Source: the human T2T-CHM13v2.0 reference genome, Homo sapiens
DNA length: 64,000 bases
NCBI RefSeq assembly: GCF_009914755.1
Contig: NC_060933.1
Strand: one strand, 5' to 3'
In this document: positions 13,763 through 29,862 of the stretch, one piece after another
Position numbering within the stretch: the first letter of the stretch is position 1
Layout: each line of letters starts with the position of its first letter
Notes under the pieces: generated by a model
The model's input: only the letters and a program-made list of their open reading frames with translations
Told to the model about the DNA's origin: nothing
Database searches by the model: none
Program-made: the position numbers and the translations under genes

Positions 13763-15340
13763 TAGCAAATGAAGATAGCAATACTTGAACTCAAGTCTGT
13801 GGCTTCAAAGCCTGCTCTCCTTTCACCATGCCATGCTGCCTAAGTACCGACCACAAATCATAAAGGCTTGCTTTGATTTAATTTCCATACTGAAAATGGA
13901 AAATATACTCAATTACCCAGTTCCCTCCATGCCACAATAAGCAATTAAATACATGAGCTTTTCTTTCAAGAGTGAACCTTCTACATCTGAATGTAGCTCA
14001 ACATCACCACGTATTCAAACAGGGAGGGCCCCTGAGAGCAGGTGTAACAGATTGGCAACCACCAGCTAAGTCTTGAAGATAACAACAGGGCAGCGGGAGT
14101 GAGGGATGACAGAAGAGGCAGCTGCCTCAGCCAGGGCTCCGAGGGAAAATGCTCTTATTCTTTAATGGAGGAGGGTCTGTGCATGCTGGGGGGCAAAAGG
14201 GGGGCCCCAAATGAACAAAGGTAAAGAGAAGAGGAAGAAAGATTGGTCCGAGACCAGTTAAAGTGTTCTCATTAATAGGCCTGCGACTTCAAATGTAATC
14301 AAAGTGGAGGACCCAGCTCAGCCTAGCAAAGGATCAGGAGATTTGCCCCTCTGATCCTTTCATTCACCAAAATACAATCTCTTTACTAGGCCCAGCAACT
14401 GGTACAGACACATGTTCACCCTTCTATCAGGGCTATTCAAAATACATGCAAACTCTTTTCAGACTAATCTTAGCAGAGTTAACTTTATCATTGCCAACAC
14501 TGTCTCTTATGGGTTGGGCCATGATTATTTGCAGCTGATTCTTATCTATGGCAATTTCTGAAATCCAAGATTGACTTCCTGCTGCCATCCAGCATGCGTG
14601 GGCTGCCTCCATCTTGCTGGGAGTAAACACTTGGGGAACACAAACAACTCAAGGCTAGTTTAGGCAAAATGGAATTAGAAGAGTAAACCAGTCTTTACCT
14701 AAAAGAAATGGCATTCATGCATTCATTTATCAAACATCCCATGATCATTTAAAAAGCAGAATGCTAGGGAATTAGGTATGAAAAGCAGAACTTTCAGATT
14801 ATAAATGATACTCCAAGTGTCTGACCCAGAACTGTCTTCAGCCTTAGAGTGCAAGCTCACCTGCTTGCTCACTTACTCTCCACACCCACTCTTCCCCTCC
14901 CTCTCTGCCCCAATGCAGATCCCCACAACTTCTCACTTCACCTGTAAGTGGTTCCTCTATGCTAGAGCCAAAATGATTTTCTAACACACAAATCTGATTA
15001 TGTCATCCCTTTACTTAAGATTCTCCAAGTCATTCTTCACTGACTTCAGGATCAAGTCCAAAAGCCACCACATGACCTGTGAGGTCCTTGCTCTCTGGTC
15101 CTTCCAGCCTCATTTCCTGCCATTCTCCTCTGCTCCAGGCATACTGAATGCTCCACCACTCTGCAGAAGCACTGTGCTCCCTTGGTCCTGGGCCTCTGCC
15201 CGTGCTGTCCAACCTGCCTATCATGCTCTGCCTTCTCTCCCATTCCTGTCCCACCTCCCCATCCACCTGGGTAACATTCTTAGTTGCTCTTCAGGTTTCA
15301 TCCCATTTCCCATCTCCACCAACAAAAGTGAGCTACCTCA

Positions 15341-17635
15341 TGATATGGTTTGGCTGTGTCCCCACCCAAATCTCATTTTTAATTTTAACTCCCACAATTC
15401 CCATATGTCGTGGGAGCAACCCTGTGGGAGGTGATCAAATCATGGGGGCAGGTCTTTCCCATGCTGTTCTGATGATAATGAATCAGTCTCATGAGATCTA
15501 ATGGCTATAAAAATGGGAGTTTCCCTGTACCAGCTGTCTTTACCTGCTTCCATCCATGTAAGACATGACTTACTCCTTCTTGCCTTCCACCATGATTGTG
15601 AGGCCTCCCCAGCCATATGGAACTGTAAGTCCATTAAACCTCTTTTTCTTCCCATTCTTGGGTATGTCTTTATCAGCAGTGTGAAAACAGACTAATACAG
15701 TAAATTGGTACCAGTAGAGTGGGGCATTGCTGAAAAGATACCCAAAAATGTGGAAGTGACTTTGGAACTGGGTAACAGGCAGAGACTGGAACAGTTTGGA
15801 GGGCTCAGAAGAAGACAGGAAAATGTGGAAAAGTTTGGAACTTCCTAGAGACTTGTTGAATGGCTTTGACAAAAATGCTGATCATGATATGAACAATAAG
15901 GTCCAGGATGAGGTGGTCTCAAAAGGAGATGAGGAACCTGCTGGGAACTGGAGCAAAAGTGACTCTTGTTATGTTTTAGCAAAGAGACTGGCAGCATTTT
16001 GCTCCTGCTTTAGAGATTTGTGGAACTTTGTACTTGAGAAAGATGATTTAGGGTATCCGGCAGAAGAAATTTCTAAGCAGCAAAGCATTCAAGAGGTGAC
16101 TTGGGTGCTGTTAAAGGCATTCAGTTTTAAAAGGGAAATAAAACATAAAAGTTTGAAAAATTTGCAGCCTGACAATACAATAGAAAAGAAAATCCCATTT
16201 TGCTGAGGAGAAATTCAAGCCAGCTGCAGAAATTTGCATAAACGAGGAGCTGAACGTTAATCACCAAGACAATGGGGAAAATGTCTCCAAGGCATGTCAG
16301 AGACCTTTGCGACAGCTCCTTCCATCACAGGCCCGGAGGTTTAGGAGGAAAAAATGGTTTCATGGGCTGAGCCCTGGGTCCCTCTACTGGGTGCAGTCTA
16401 GGGACTTGGTGACCTGTGTCCCAGTCACTCCAGCTGTGACTACAAGGGTCCAAAGTACAGCTCAGGCTGTTGCTTCATAGGGTGGAAGCCCCAAGCCTTG
16501 GCAGCTTCCACATGGTATTAAGCCTGCAGGTGCAGAGAAGTCAAGAATTGAGGTTTGGAAACCTCTGCCTAGATTTCAGAGTATGTATGGAAATACCTGG
16601 ATGCCCAGGCAGAAGTTTGCTGCAGGAGTGGGGGCCCTCATGGAGAACTTCTGCTAGGGCAGTGCAGAAGGGAAATGTGGGTTGGAGCTCCCACACAGAG
16701 TCCCTACTGAGGCACTGCCTAGTGGAGCTGTGAGAAAAGGGCCACCATCCTCCAGACCCCAGAATGGCAGATCCACTGACAGCTTGCACTGTGTGCCTAG
16801 AAAAAGCTGAAGATACTCAATACCAGCCCATGAAAGCAGCCAGGAGGGTGGCTGTACCCTGCAAAGCCACAGGGGCAGAGCTGCCCAAGACCATGGGAAC
16901 CCACCTCTTGCATCAGCATGACCTGGATGTGAGACACGGAGTCAATGGAGATAATTTTGGAACTTTAGGATTTGACTGCCCTGCTGGATTGTAGACTTGC
17001 ATGGGGCCTACAGCCCCTCTGTTTTGGCCAATTTCTCCCATTCAGAATGGCTGTATTTACCCAATTTCTGTACCCCCAGTGTATCCAGGAAGTAACTAAC
17101 TTGCTTTTGATTTTACAGGTTCATAGGCAGAAGGGACTTGCCTTGTCTCACATGAGACTTTGGACTGTGGACTTTCGAGTTAATGATGAAATCAGTTAAG
17201 ACTTTGGGGGACTGTTGGGAAGGCATGATTAGTTTTGAAATGTGAATACATGAGATTTGGGAGGGGCTGGGGTGGAATGATATGGTTTGGCTGCATTCCC
17301 ACCCAAATCTCATCTTTAACTGTAACTCCCACAGTTCCCATGTGTCATGGGAGCAACCCTGTGGGAGGTAACTTATTCATGGGGGTGGTCTTTCCCATGC
17401 TGTTCTCGTGACAATGAATAAGTCTCATGAAATCTGATGGCCTTAAAAATGGGAGTTTCCCTGCACCAGCTCTATTTGCTTGCTGCCATCCATGTAAGAT
17501 GTGATTTGCTCCCCCTTGCCTTCCGCCATGATTGTGAGGCCTCCCCAGCCACGCAGAACTGTAAATCCATTAAACCTCTTTTACTTCCCAGTCTCAGGTA
17601 TATCTTTATCAGCAGTATGAAAACAGACTAATACA
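15341..17635 (+). mobile_element. Full-length THE1 (A/B-like) MaLR: 5' LTR 15341-15699, internal 15700-17277, 3' LTR 17278-17635
   Basis: Both LTRs run tgatatggtttggctg...actaataca. The internal region starts gtaaattggtaccag, a purine-rich tract (gggaggggctggggtggaa) precedes the 3' LTR, and the TSD is cctca/cctcc. Confidence 0.95.
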
Positions 17636-20539
17636 CCTCCCTCAGGGCTTCATGCTTTTATACCCTTATCACATCAAGGTTTTTAGTCTGACCATCTCTC
17701 CTGCAAGGACATGTCATCTCTCTGACTCCAGTGTCAACTACATTGCTTGGTTCATAGTATAATGCAGTAGATGTTGACTAAACCAATATTTATTGAAGGA
17801 ATGAATAGGTGATACCTAACACCCACCATATTCTAGTGTGATCTTTATTTGCTGCTCAGCTTGTTAAAGAAGAACATCCAAATTTCCCTCCCTTCTTCCC
17901 TTCCCTTCTCAAAGACACTGAACTAGTCTAACCTTTGTAGTCATAATGCTTGGTGCTCACTCCCATTCTTAGAGTCAACTGGGTTGCTCTAATTAACCTG
18001 CATTTCTCATCCTAACCCCAGACTTGGAAATTGAGAGCCACAATAGAAAAGAAGCACAACTCGTTGAGGGAGGCTGAAGGGAGGGAGCATCCAGGAGATC
18101 AAATCTGTGGAGCATCTAATCAGCTTCTAAAACCACACATACCTAAATTTCCTAATGAGACTTCAGCATGAATCTCAACCTTTAGAGGTACTGAAAAATA
18201 GACACACTGAATTCTCAATGTTGGCTCCAGGCCAAATCTGACTTCAACTTTGGCACAAAGAGTTAACCACCTGGAGTGAGGGGAAGGAGAGGGGAGGAGA
18301 AGAGAGAAATAAAAGACAGGACAGAGAAGCATAAAATTAAAAAAAAAAAAAAAGTCATTGAGCAGACTTCTGAAGAAAAGCTTGGTTGATTTAAAATGAA
18401 AGCTAGGATGCAGACAGGAGGTGGCAGCATGGACTTGAGGTCTGAGCATCAAAATGTCTGGCCAGGCCTCCCCAGCTTTCTCTTCAAGGCTGTGCCACAG
18501 AAGCCAAACCATAACCTCTCTGAGCACAGGTCATCTTCCAAAAAGGGAGAAGCAACTCGCCTTTCTTAGACTAAGAGATATTCTGAAAATAAAGACTAAG
18601 AAGAATAGCAATTCTCAAACGATTCAAGCTGTAAAAAACACAAATCATCCCCAAGTGCTTTGATAGCTGATAAAAAAATTTTCCAAATCTGAACTTCCAT
18701 TCTAATTTTGACAAATATTCTAAATTGGCTTCTAATGATACAAAAATATGAGATGACTTTATTGCATACCATTTCAATCTGGCTCAAAACCATTAACAAA
18801 TGCATCTTCAGGAAAATTCTTAGCAAGAGAAATTCAAAAGCAACTCTTACTCATTTTTGAAATCTGTTTCAATGAGTTCTAAATTTATAGTAAAACATCT
18901 CTGCAATTGTAACGCCATTCAGAGCACAATGACACCAATTATGCCCAAGCTTCACTAATTGTTAAAGCTTTAGATAAAGCTAAAAATTTAGAAGTTGGAT
19001 ATGAAACACTCTTGTGACCCTCATTATATTTTTCTCAAAAATGTTCAATATCAGTAGCAGAACTGTGAGTTAAATGCTAAAATTCAGTGACAGAGAAGGA
19101 ATTTATGAAGCCTTTTAAAACACTTAAAAGCTGAATGGCTCAGGTCTTTGATGTGACTCAGTGCTTTGCAAACCAACTTGAGAAAAGTTTCCTTCTGTCC
19201 CGCATGCAAAGGCAGCTGCCCGGGACTACAGGTTCTAGAGTGTGATTTGGAAACATTTCAGCATCACACTCCCTATAATTCAAACCCTGTTTTGTGTCTG
19301 TCTTTATAGGTCATTGTTGGCCAGATGGAAAATATTAAGGAAAAGAGATTGCAACTAAACCAGTAGGCTGTGGTACACAGTTGCAAGGCCGCAGTTAACC
19401 ACGAGCAGAACTGCAGGCAGGCTTTGCTTAGCTGCAAGCAAAGCTCTGGCGCATCCTCTGCCCAGCAGCAGGAGGGCCCCTGGCCAGCTGAGAGCAGTCA
19501 CTGTGCCAAACAGACTGTACGGGCCTCACTGCTCGGATGCTTCCAGAGAAAGAAGGAGAATCGATGGGTTCCTTTGTAAACAACTTCTTGTGCTTTCGGG
19601 CTGTGACCGACTTCAAAGGTGGCATAACTTAATTCTGTCACAAATTATGCCATGGAAATCTTGAGGAAGATATCTTCCTGAGGAAATACCTACGTGGCCC
19701 CTTATAAACTAAATTCTAACAGGTAAACAACAAACAACAAAAGAAAAACACGTTCAGCTTTTAGTAAGTAAGAAAAACTGCACAACCTAATATAATTTCT
19801 ACTCACGACTTAAACCAGTTTTTAGTAAAATCTTACTGGGCATTAGTGAATGCAGACCTTAAATATCAAAGTTTGTGTTGCACTATGATACGACTTTATA
19901 CATCCATCTCTATTAATGGGACCTGACTCACAGCATTGATTTCCCTCTCAAATATTTGTTGAATAAAATGTGTTAATTTTTAATAATGGGCAACCTTTAT
20001 TAATGGCCTAGTCTGCAACAAGTGTTCTTCTCAGGACTTTACATGTATTTCATTTTCAGAAGAAGTCATTTTTACGAAGAAAAGCTCTCATTTGTAAAGG
20101 ATGTAAGGTAGGCATTAGCATCATTATTCCCTTGACACAAAAGCCCCTCAGATAATTCAATAATAACGTGTCTCACATTGAATCCAAGCCTGACTATGAA
20201 TCCAGATTCTTCCACCACACTCCATGCTGCCTCTCCCTATCACACGAACATACTTTAGCCATTCCAAAAATGACCATTTCCGAAATGCACCAGACCATGA
20301 AGTCCTTGAGGACAGGGATAGTGCTTTATTCACAGCTGAATCCCCAGTACACAGCACAGAGCATTAAAAAATGAATGAAGAGAATAGAGGGAGGAGCCTC
20401 TGGCTTTTACCAGTTGCTCACACACAAGCACCCACAATAGGTAGTGTGAAATTTGCTCCCTGGTATCATAGAAGAGGTATACAGTACTTGGGTAATTCTT
20501 AATAATGGTGAAAAAAACAGCAAGTGAAGAAAAGATCTT

Positions 20540-20705
20540 AAATATGGATTTTTAGCCTATGATCCAGAGACCACAGAAGGGGTTCTGTGAAAACCTATAA
20601 TGTCTATAGAACTTTTTAAGGAAACCCACATAAACATTTTTTTGGAGACAGTTCCTGGAGCTTTCAGCAGACTTGCAAAGGTATCCTATCCTCCCAAAAA
20701 GTTTG
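20540..20705. mobile_element. hAT-Charlie-like fragment
   Basis: ttttggagacagttcctggagctttcagcagacttgcaaagg...cccaaaaagttt resembles a Charlie-family terminus. Confidence 0.45.
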
Positions 20706-21644
20706 CCTTCTAAGAGTCTTCTCCAATTTTATTGTCATGGGGCTGAGTGGGAAAGGCCAGGGACTCTGTGGTAGAGGGCTTATGTTCAAGTCATGTCCTC
20801 CAGGCAGTCATAGAACCTTGGTCAGGTGACTCTGAAGCTCAGTGTTGTCACGTGTAATTTACCCAGTTGTCACAAGATCTAAACGGGATGATCAGCATTA
20901 AAGTATTCAACACAATACCTTCTCTCTACTTGGCTAGTGTGTAAGGTATACAACAATAAAACATGAACAGGAGATGGTACAGAACCACTGAAGGAAATAT
21001 AATGAGAGTACCAGCTGCTCTTCTTTTCCCAGAAAATGTTTTCTTGTTTAGTCATCTAAGAGAAAAGAGCCAGAAAACATCCACTTTTCCTGGAATGCCT
21101 ACTACAGAGCCTCATTTATATCAAGCTAAAAGTTAATATCCATACTTCAAACTAGATTTTCTGAAGTAAAAGAAATTAAATGATATTCTCATAGGCAAAA
21201 CAAAAGAAATTCTAAAACACCTATGACACTCAAGGAAAGAAACATGGATTCTGTCTCAAATCTAACCCACCTATCCAGAGAACAGCACTTTTCCGATCCT
21301 CCAGATGTATCCTTTGAAGCTACTTGCTTTGACATCATAATTACAAAATGGTGCAAGGGCTGTGAAATCATAAACAGATGATGACTCAAAGGACAAACAT
21401 CAAGAAACAATCTTTTACTTGCTAAAGACCTTAAATGATAGGAAAACACCTTCAGAAAGCCAAGAATGAAAGTAATAAAAACTTAGTATTTAATTATTAG
21501 CTGTACCATTCATATTAGCACCAATAAGGGAAAGAAAAAAAAAAGGGAATAAATATTTAGGTATAAATCTAACAATACAGGTGTAGGAACTGTATGCCAA
21601 AAACCACAAAACACCAAAGAAAGAAATCAAAGAATCCCTAAATA

Positions 21645-22005
<361 letters not shown>

Positions 22006-22015
22006 TTATCTTTGC

Positions 22016-22340
<325 letters not shown>

Positions 22341-22591
22341 TCATCTTTACCCAAGTCATTTTATACATTCAATCCAATGTCAAACCAAATCACAGTGGGA
22401 TTTTCTATAGCTATTAAAGGTCAAGAAACTAGAAGAGCAAAATTTATGTGGAAAAGCAAAGAAACTAGAATAGCTAAGACTATTTTAAAAATGAAAAACA
22501 CAGCTGGAAGATTAATGCTATCTGATTTGAAGAATTACTATGATGCCACGATTAAGACAGTATAGTATTGATAGATACATAGATGCTACAT

Positions 22592-25091
22592 CAGCATAAT
22601 CCTGATACCAAAACCTGGCAGAGACACAACAAAAAAAGGAAATTTCAGGCCAATATCGCTGATGAACATCGATGCGAAAATCCTCAATAAAATACTGGCA
22701 AACCAAATCCAGCAGCACATTAAAAAGCTTATCCACCACGATCAAGTCAGCTTCATCCCTGGGATGCAAGGCTGGTTCAACATACACAAATCAATAAACG
22801 TAATCCATCACATAAACAGAACCAATGACAAAATCCACATGATTATCTTAACAGATGCAGAAAAGGCCTTCAACAAATTCAACCCCCCTACATGCTAAAA
22901 ACACTCAATAAACTAGATATTGATGGAATGTATCTCAAAATAATAAGAGCTATTACAAACCCACAGCCACTATCATGCTGAATGGGCAAAAACTGGAAGC
23001 ATTCCCTTTGAAAACCAGCACAAGGACAATGATGCCCCCCTCACCACTCCTATTCAACACAGTATTGGAAGTTCCGGCCAGGGCAATCAGGCAAAAGAAA
23101 GAAATAAAGGGCATTCAAATAGGAAGAGAGGAAATCAAATTATCTCTGTTTGCAGATGACATGATTGTATATTTAGAAAATCACATCGTCTCAGCTCAAA
23201 ATCTCCTTAAGCTGATAAGCAACTTCAGCAAAGTCTCAGGATACAAAATCCACATGCAAAAACAAGCATTCCTATATACCAATAATGGACAAACAGAGAG
23301 CCAAATCATGAGTGAACTCCCATTCACAATTGCTACAAAGAGAATAAAATACCTAGGAATACAACTTACAAGGGATGTGAAGGACCTCTTCAAGGAGAAC
23401 TACAAACCACTGCTCAAGGAAATAAGAGAGGACACAAACAAATGGAAGAACATTCCATCCTCATGGATAGAAGAATCAGTATCATGAAAATAGCCATACT
23501 GCCCAGAGTAATGTATAGATTTAATGCTATCCCTATCAAGCTACCACTGACTTTTTTCACAGAATTAGAAAAAACTACTTTAAATTTCACATGGAACCAA
23601 AAAAGAGCCTGCATAGCCAAGACAATCCTAAGCAAAAAGAACAAAGCTGGAGGGATCGCACTACCTGACTTCAAACTATACTATAAGGCTGCAGTAACCA
23701 AAACAGCATGGTACTGATACCAAAACAGATATATAGACCAAGGGAACAGAACAGAGGCCTTAGAAATCATGCCACACATCTACAACCAACTGATCTTTGA
23801 AAAACCTGAGAAAAACAAGCAATGGGAAAAGGATTCCCTATTTAATAAATGGTGTTGTGAAAACTGGCTAGCCATATGAGGAAACTAAAACTGGACCCCT
23901 TCCTTACACCTTAAACAAAAATTAACTCGAGATGGATTAAAGACTTAAATGTAAGACCTAAAACCACAAAAATCCTAGAATAAAGTCTAGACAATACCAT
24001 TCAGGACATAGGCATGGGCAAAGACTTCATGACTAAAACAACAAAAGCAATGGCAACAAAAGCCAAAATTGGCAAATGGGATCTAATTAAACTAAAGAGC
24101 TTCTGCACAGCAAAAGAGACTATCATCAGAGTGAACAGGCAACCTACAGAATGGGAGAAAATTTTTGCAATCTATCCATCTGACAAAGGGCTAATATCCA
24201 GAATATATAGAGAACTTAAATTTACAAGAAAAAAAACAAACAACCCCATCAAAAAGAGGGCAAAGGATATGAACAGACACTTTTCAAAAGAAGACATTTA
24301 TACAGCCAACAAACATATGAAAAAAAGCTCAACATCACTGGCCATCAGAGAAATGCAAATCAAAACGACAATGAGATACCATCTCACCCCAGTTAGAATG
24401 GCAATCATTAAAAAGTCAGGAAACAACAGATGCAGGAGAGGATGTGTAGAAGTAGGAACGCTTTTACTCTGTTGGTGGGAGTGTAAATGAGTTCAACCAT
24501 TGTGGAAGACAGTGTGGCGATTCCTCAAGGATCTAGAACCAGAAATACCATTTGACCCAGCAATCCCATTACTGGTTATATACCCAAAGGATTATAAATC
24601 ATTCTACTATAAAGACACATGCACACATATATTTATTGCGGCACTGCTCACAACAGCAAAGACTTGGAACCAACCCAAATGCCCATGAATGATAGACTGG
24701 ATAAAGAAAATGTGGCACATAAACACCATGGAATACTATGCAGCCATAAAAAAAAGATGAGTTCATGTTCTTTGCAGCGACATGGATGAAGCTGGAAACC
24801 ATCATTCTCGGCAAACTAACACACAAACAGAAAACCAAACACTGCATGTTTTCACTCATAAGTGGGGGTTGAACAGTGAGAACACATGGACACGGAGGGG
24901 AACATCACACACCGGGGTCTGTTGTGGGGGTGGGGAGCTAGGGGAGGAATAGCATTAGGAGAAATACCTAATGTAGATGACGGGTTGATGGGTGCAGCAA
25001 ACCACCATGGCACGTGTATACCTATGTAACAAACCTGCACGTTCTGCACATGTATCCCAGAACTTAAAGTATAATTTAAAAAAAAATTTTT
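22592..25091 (+). mobile_element. 5'-truncated L1PA (L1PA6-8-like), ~2.5 kb, degenerate ORF2 RT/C-terminal region plus 3' UTR
   Basis: ORF fragments [25 protein letters not shown] (RT active site) and a degenerate zinc knuckle (NRCRRGC...LLCWWECK). The 3' UTR ends aacttaaagtataat plus A tail. Multiple frameshifts and stops. Confidence 0.95.
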
Positions 25092-26799
25092 AATGAAAAA
25101 CACAGCTGGAAGATTAATGCTATCTGATTTCAAGACTTACTGTGAAGCCACAATCAAGACAGTATAATACTGATGGATACGCAGAACAATGGAACAGAAT
25201 AGAGTCCAGAAACAGATCCACACAAACACTGCGTAGTCCATTAATTTTTGCGAAGGCACAAGGATGACTCAATCGAGAAAAGATGGTCTTTTCAACAAAT
25301 GGTGCTGGAACAACTAGATGCTCATATGCAAAACAAAAACAATCTACAAAAAAATTCAACCTATACTTTATACCTTAAAAATAATTAACTCTAAATGGAT
25401 CACAGACCTACAGGTAAAACATAAAACTATAAAACTTTGAGAAGAAAAGATAGGAGAAAATCTTTGTGACCTTGGGATAGGCAAAGAGTTCCTAGATATG
25501 ACACCAAAAACATGATCCATAAAAGGTAAGATTGATGTGTTATGATTTTATCAAAATTAAAATCATTTGTTCTGTAGAAAATCACTGTTAAGAGAATAAA
25601 AAGAGAAATCACAGGCTGGGACAATATGTGATTTGCAAATCATATATCTGAAAAAAGATTTATGTCAAGAAACTTAAAGAACACTTGAAACTCAACAATA
25701 AGGAAACAAATCAATTTTTTTAAATGGGCAAAAGATTTGAATACTTTACCAAAGAAGATATACAAATGACAAATAAGCACGATATGCCCCAATCACTGAT
25801 TATTAGGAAAACGCAAATTAAAAAATCACAATAGCTCCTACTACACACATAGAATAGCTAAAATGCTTGTGAGTACGTGGGACAACTGGAACTCTGACAC
25901 CTTGCTTGTGGGAATGCAAAATGATACAACAACCACTTTGGAAAGCAGGCAGTTTCTTACAAAGTTGAACATACGCTTGGCAACATACACCCAGCAATTC
26001 CACTCTTAGGTATTCGTCCAAAAGAAACAAAAACTTGTGTTCACACCAAAATCTGTGTGCAAATGTTTGTAACAGTTTTATTCATAATCATAAAACCCCC
26101 AAACAACCTAAATGTCCTTCAATAGCGAATAAACAAACTATGAACACATTCTACAGTGGAATACCTACTCAATAATAAAAGGGAATAAATCACAGATACA
26201 CACACCAACATGGATGGATCTCAAATGCATTTTACTATGTGAAAGAAGACAGTCTCCAAAAGGTAATACCATATGATTACATTTTTGTGACACTGTGGAA
26301 AAGGTAAAACTATAGAGACGGAGAAGAGGGGTTAAGAGTAGGAGAAGGGTTTGACCACACAGGGGCAACACAAGAGAACTGGAGTGGGAGAGGACAGAAG
26401 TGCTCGTATGGTGGTTATGGTGGCAGATATATGACTACATATTTGTCAAAACTCAGTAAATTATACAAAATGAGGAAATTTTACTGTACACAAATTAAAA
26501 ATAAAAATAGAAAAGTCTCACCAAATCTATTAATTTTGAAAAATGAATACATTGCAACTCTTGTAATACACTTATCTGATTGAATTTAGTTAGGAATAGA
26601 GGCTCTGGAATGAGAATCCTGCCAAGGTTTTGCTGTATCACTTTTGGCAAGTTACTTAATCTGTCCAAACCTAGGTTTCTTCATCTGTATAATGGGGGCC
26701 ATAGTGCTTTCTCAAAGAGTTTTTAATGAGGATTAAATGAGAGAGCGCATGGACAGCACTAAGCAAATAGTAAGCATTCAATAAATGAGTGGCTACTAA

Positions 26800-27100
<301 letters not shown>

Positions 27101-27102
27101 AG

Positions 27103-27785
<683 letters not shown>

Positions 27786-27985
27786 TCTTGTTTGCTTCTT
27801 TTCAAGACAGTCTCACTCTGCTGCCCAGGCTAGAGTACAGAGAGGCACATAGTTCATAGTTCACTGTAGCCTCGAACTCCTGGACTCAAGTGATCCTCCC
27901 ACCTCAGTCTCCCAAGTAGCTGAGACTACAGATGTCTGCCACCAAGCCCAGGTAACATTTTTATTTTTTTATGTAGAGGCAGAGT
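27786..27985 (-). mobile_element. AluJ right arm / FRAM-like monomer
   Basis: cactgtagcctcgaactcctggactcaagtgatcctccc; left arm missing. Confidence 0.8.
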
Positions 27986-29517
27986 CATTATTAAGTTTTT
28001 ATTCATATTTTAGCAAGATAAGTTATGGAAATACAGGATGTTACATTCACCCCAAAAGGAGAACTACTTTAAGATTATGTGATACCCTGAAACCAACAGA
28101 AGTCACCTATTCAGAGGAAATTGCCTGTTTAAAATACACAGATGACTACTCATTTACATAATAATTTAACTTTCTTTATCAGAGTTCAATATTGCAACTA
28201 ATTGTTTAATTATATGTCTGCCTTCAGATCCTGGGCCATGTGAAAGTGGGGAAAGTGCATGTCTCGGGGATCACTGCATCCTCAGTGTCTGCAGTGGAGT
28301 ATAGGACACCTACAGACACCAAATAACAATACACGTTTCCTTAGCCTAAGTCAAATAAGGCACCAAGTTTGGGATGGGGGCAAGACAAAAGAATGGGAGG
28401 AACATGGACTTCAGAGTCAAACAGAGCTAGGTTCAAATACTGACAATATCAGCTAATAATGATTCTCTAAGGTTCCTTTTCCTCTTCTGTAAGACGAGGA
28501 TAATTCTTCCTCTGCGGGACTGCTGTGAAGAGTGGAGGAGAGAATGCACGTGAATGTTCAGGGCACTTGGTTCTAGACATATGATGGGTGTGTATTACAG
28601 CAAGTTTCTGCCTCATCCTCTCACATGAGCACATCCCAAGAGAGGGCTTGGGAAAATAATTTTTTTTATTTTTTAAAAAAAGCCGTGTTAGCTTTCAAGT
28701 TGTCACTAGGTAAAACTTGTGTAGGAACCAGTTACTACTACCAGGCAGCATCATACGTTATGATTTGATCCTCGCTACAATCCTCCAAGGACTTATGATT
28801 GCTCTCATTACGTAGATGGAGAAGGAGAAGCCAGAAAAGTTGGAGATGCTCATGGAGATGTTGCTGGGAAAAGAGGAGATGGGATTTGAACCTTCTGAGT
28901 TTATATTCTAAGCTTTTCTCCCCCCAAGAAAATCAAGGAAGATATCAAAGGGCACATCTATCTAAAGGCTCAGTGAACTTCCCAATATTAACCAGGTGAT
29001 AAAAATTAAAATACCCCTATTTCCACTATGACCATTTCTAGATGTTCTAAACCAGCTCATCCAGGAAGGAACGAGTTCATGGAGTCCCCACTATATATCA
29101 GACACTCTGCTGAATAATTTGTACACTCTCTCTCTCTCGCAACCCTTTGAGGTGAGTCCTTATCTCTGAATGTCAAAGATGACAAAAATAAGTTGCAAGA
29201 TGTTAGGTAAGAAGATCATAAGTGGGCAAGAGCTGGTAAGCAAATGCAAACCCCTCTGACTCCACAGCTCACACTCTCTGCACTCACTTGCAGAGACTTC
29301 CCGATGCTCCCATGATCTCTGAAGTCCTAGTCAAAAAAGCCAGCATCATGATTTCCTCAGGTCGTCCGTGACACATACCACACTCAGTATTTGCCTGATA
29401 TTCTAGAAATTGTCCTCTCATGAGTAACAAAACAGTAAGTGGTGAGATGTTTCCTTTTTTAAAAGTTTTTATTGTTAATCAAGAATTCTGAATTCCCAAA
29501 ACAACAGTCACCTTTTA

Positions 29518-29862
<345 letters not shown>

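Noticed and set aside
15796-17199. ORFs of 75-136 aa inside the THE1 internal region
   Set aside because: Broken remnants of the MaLR internal ORF; no continuous frame.
22662-24688. L1 ORF2-like ORFs as an active retrotransposon or domesticated gene
   Set aside because: 5'-truncated, no ORF1 or endonuclease domain, split by several frameshifts and stops, zinc-knuckle His lost.
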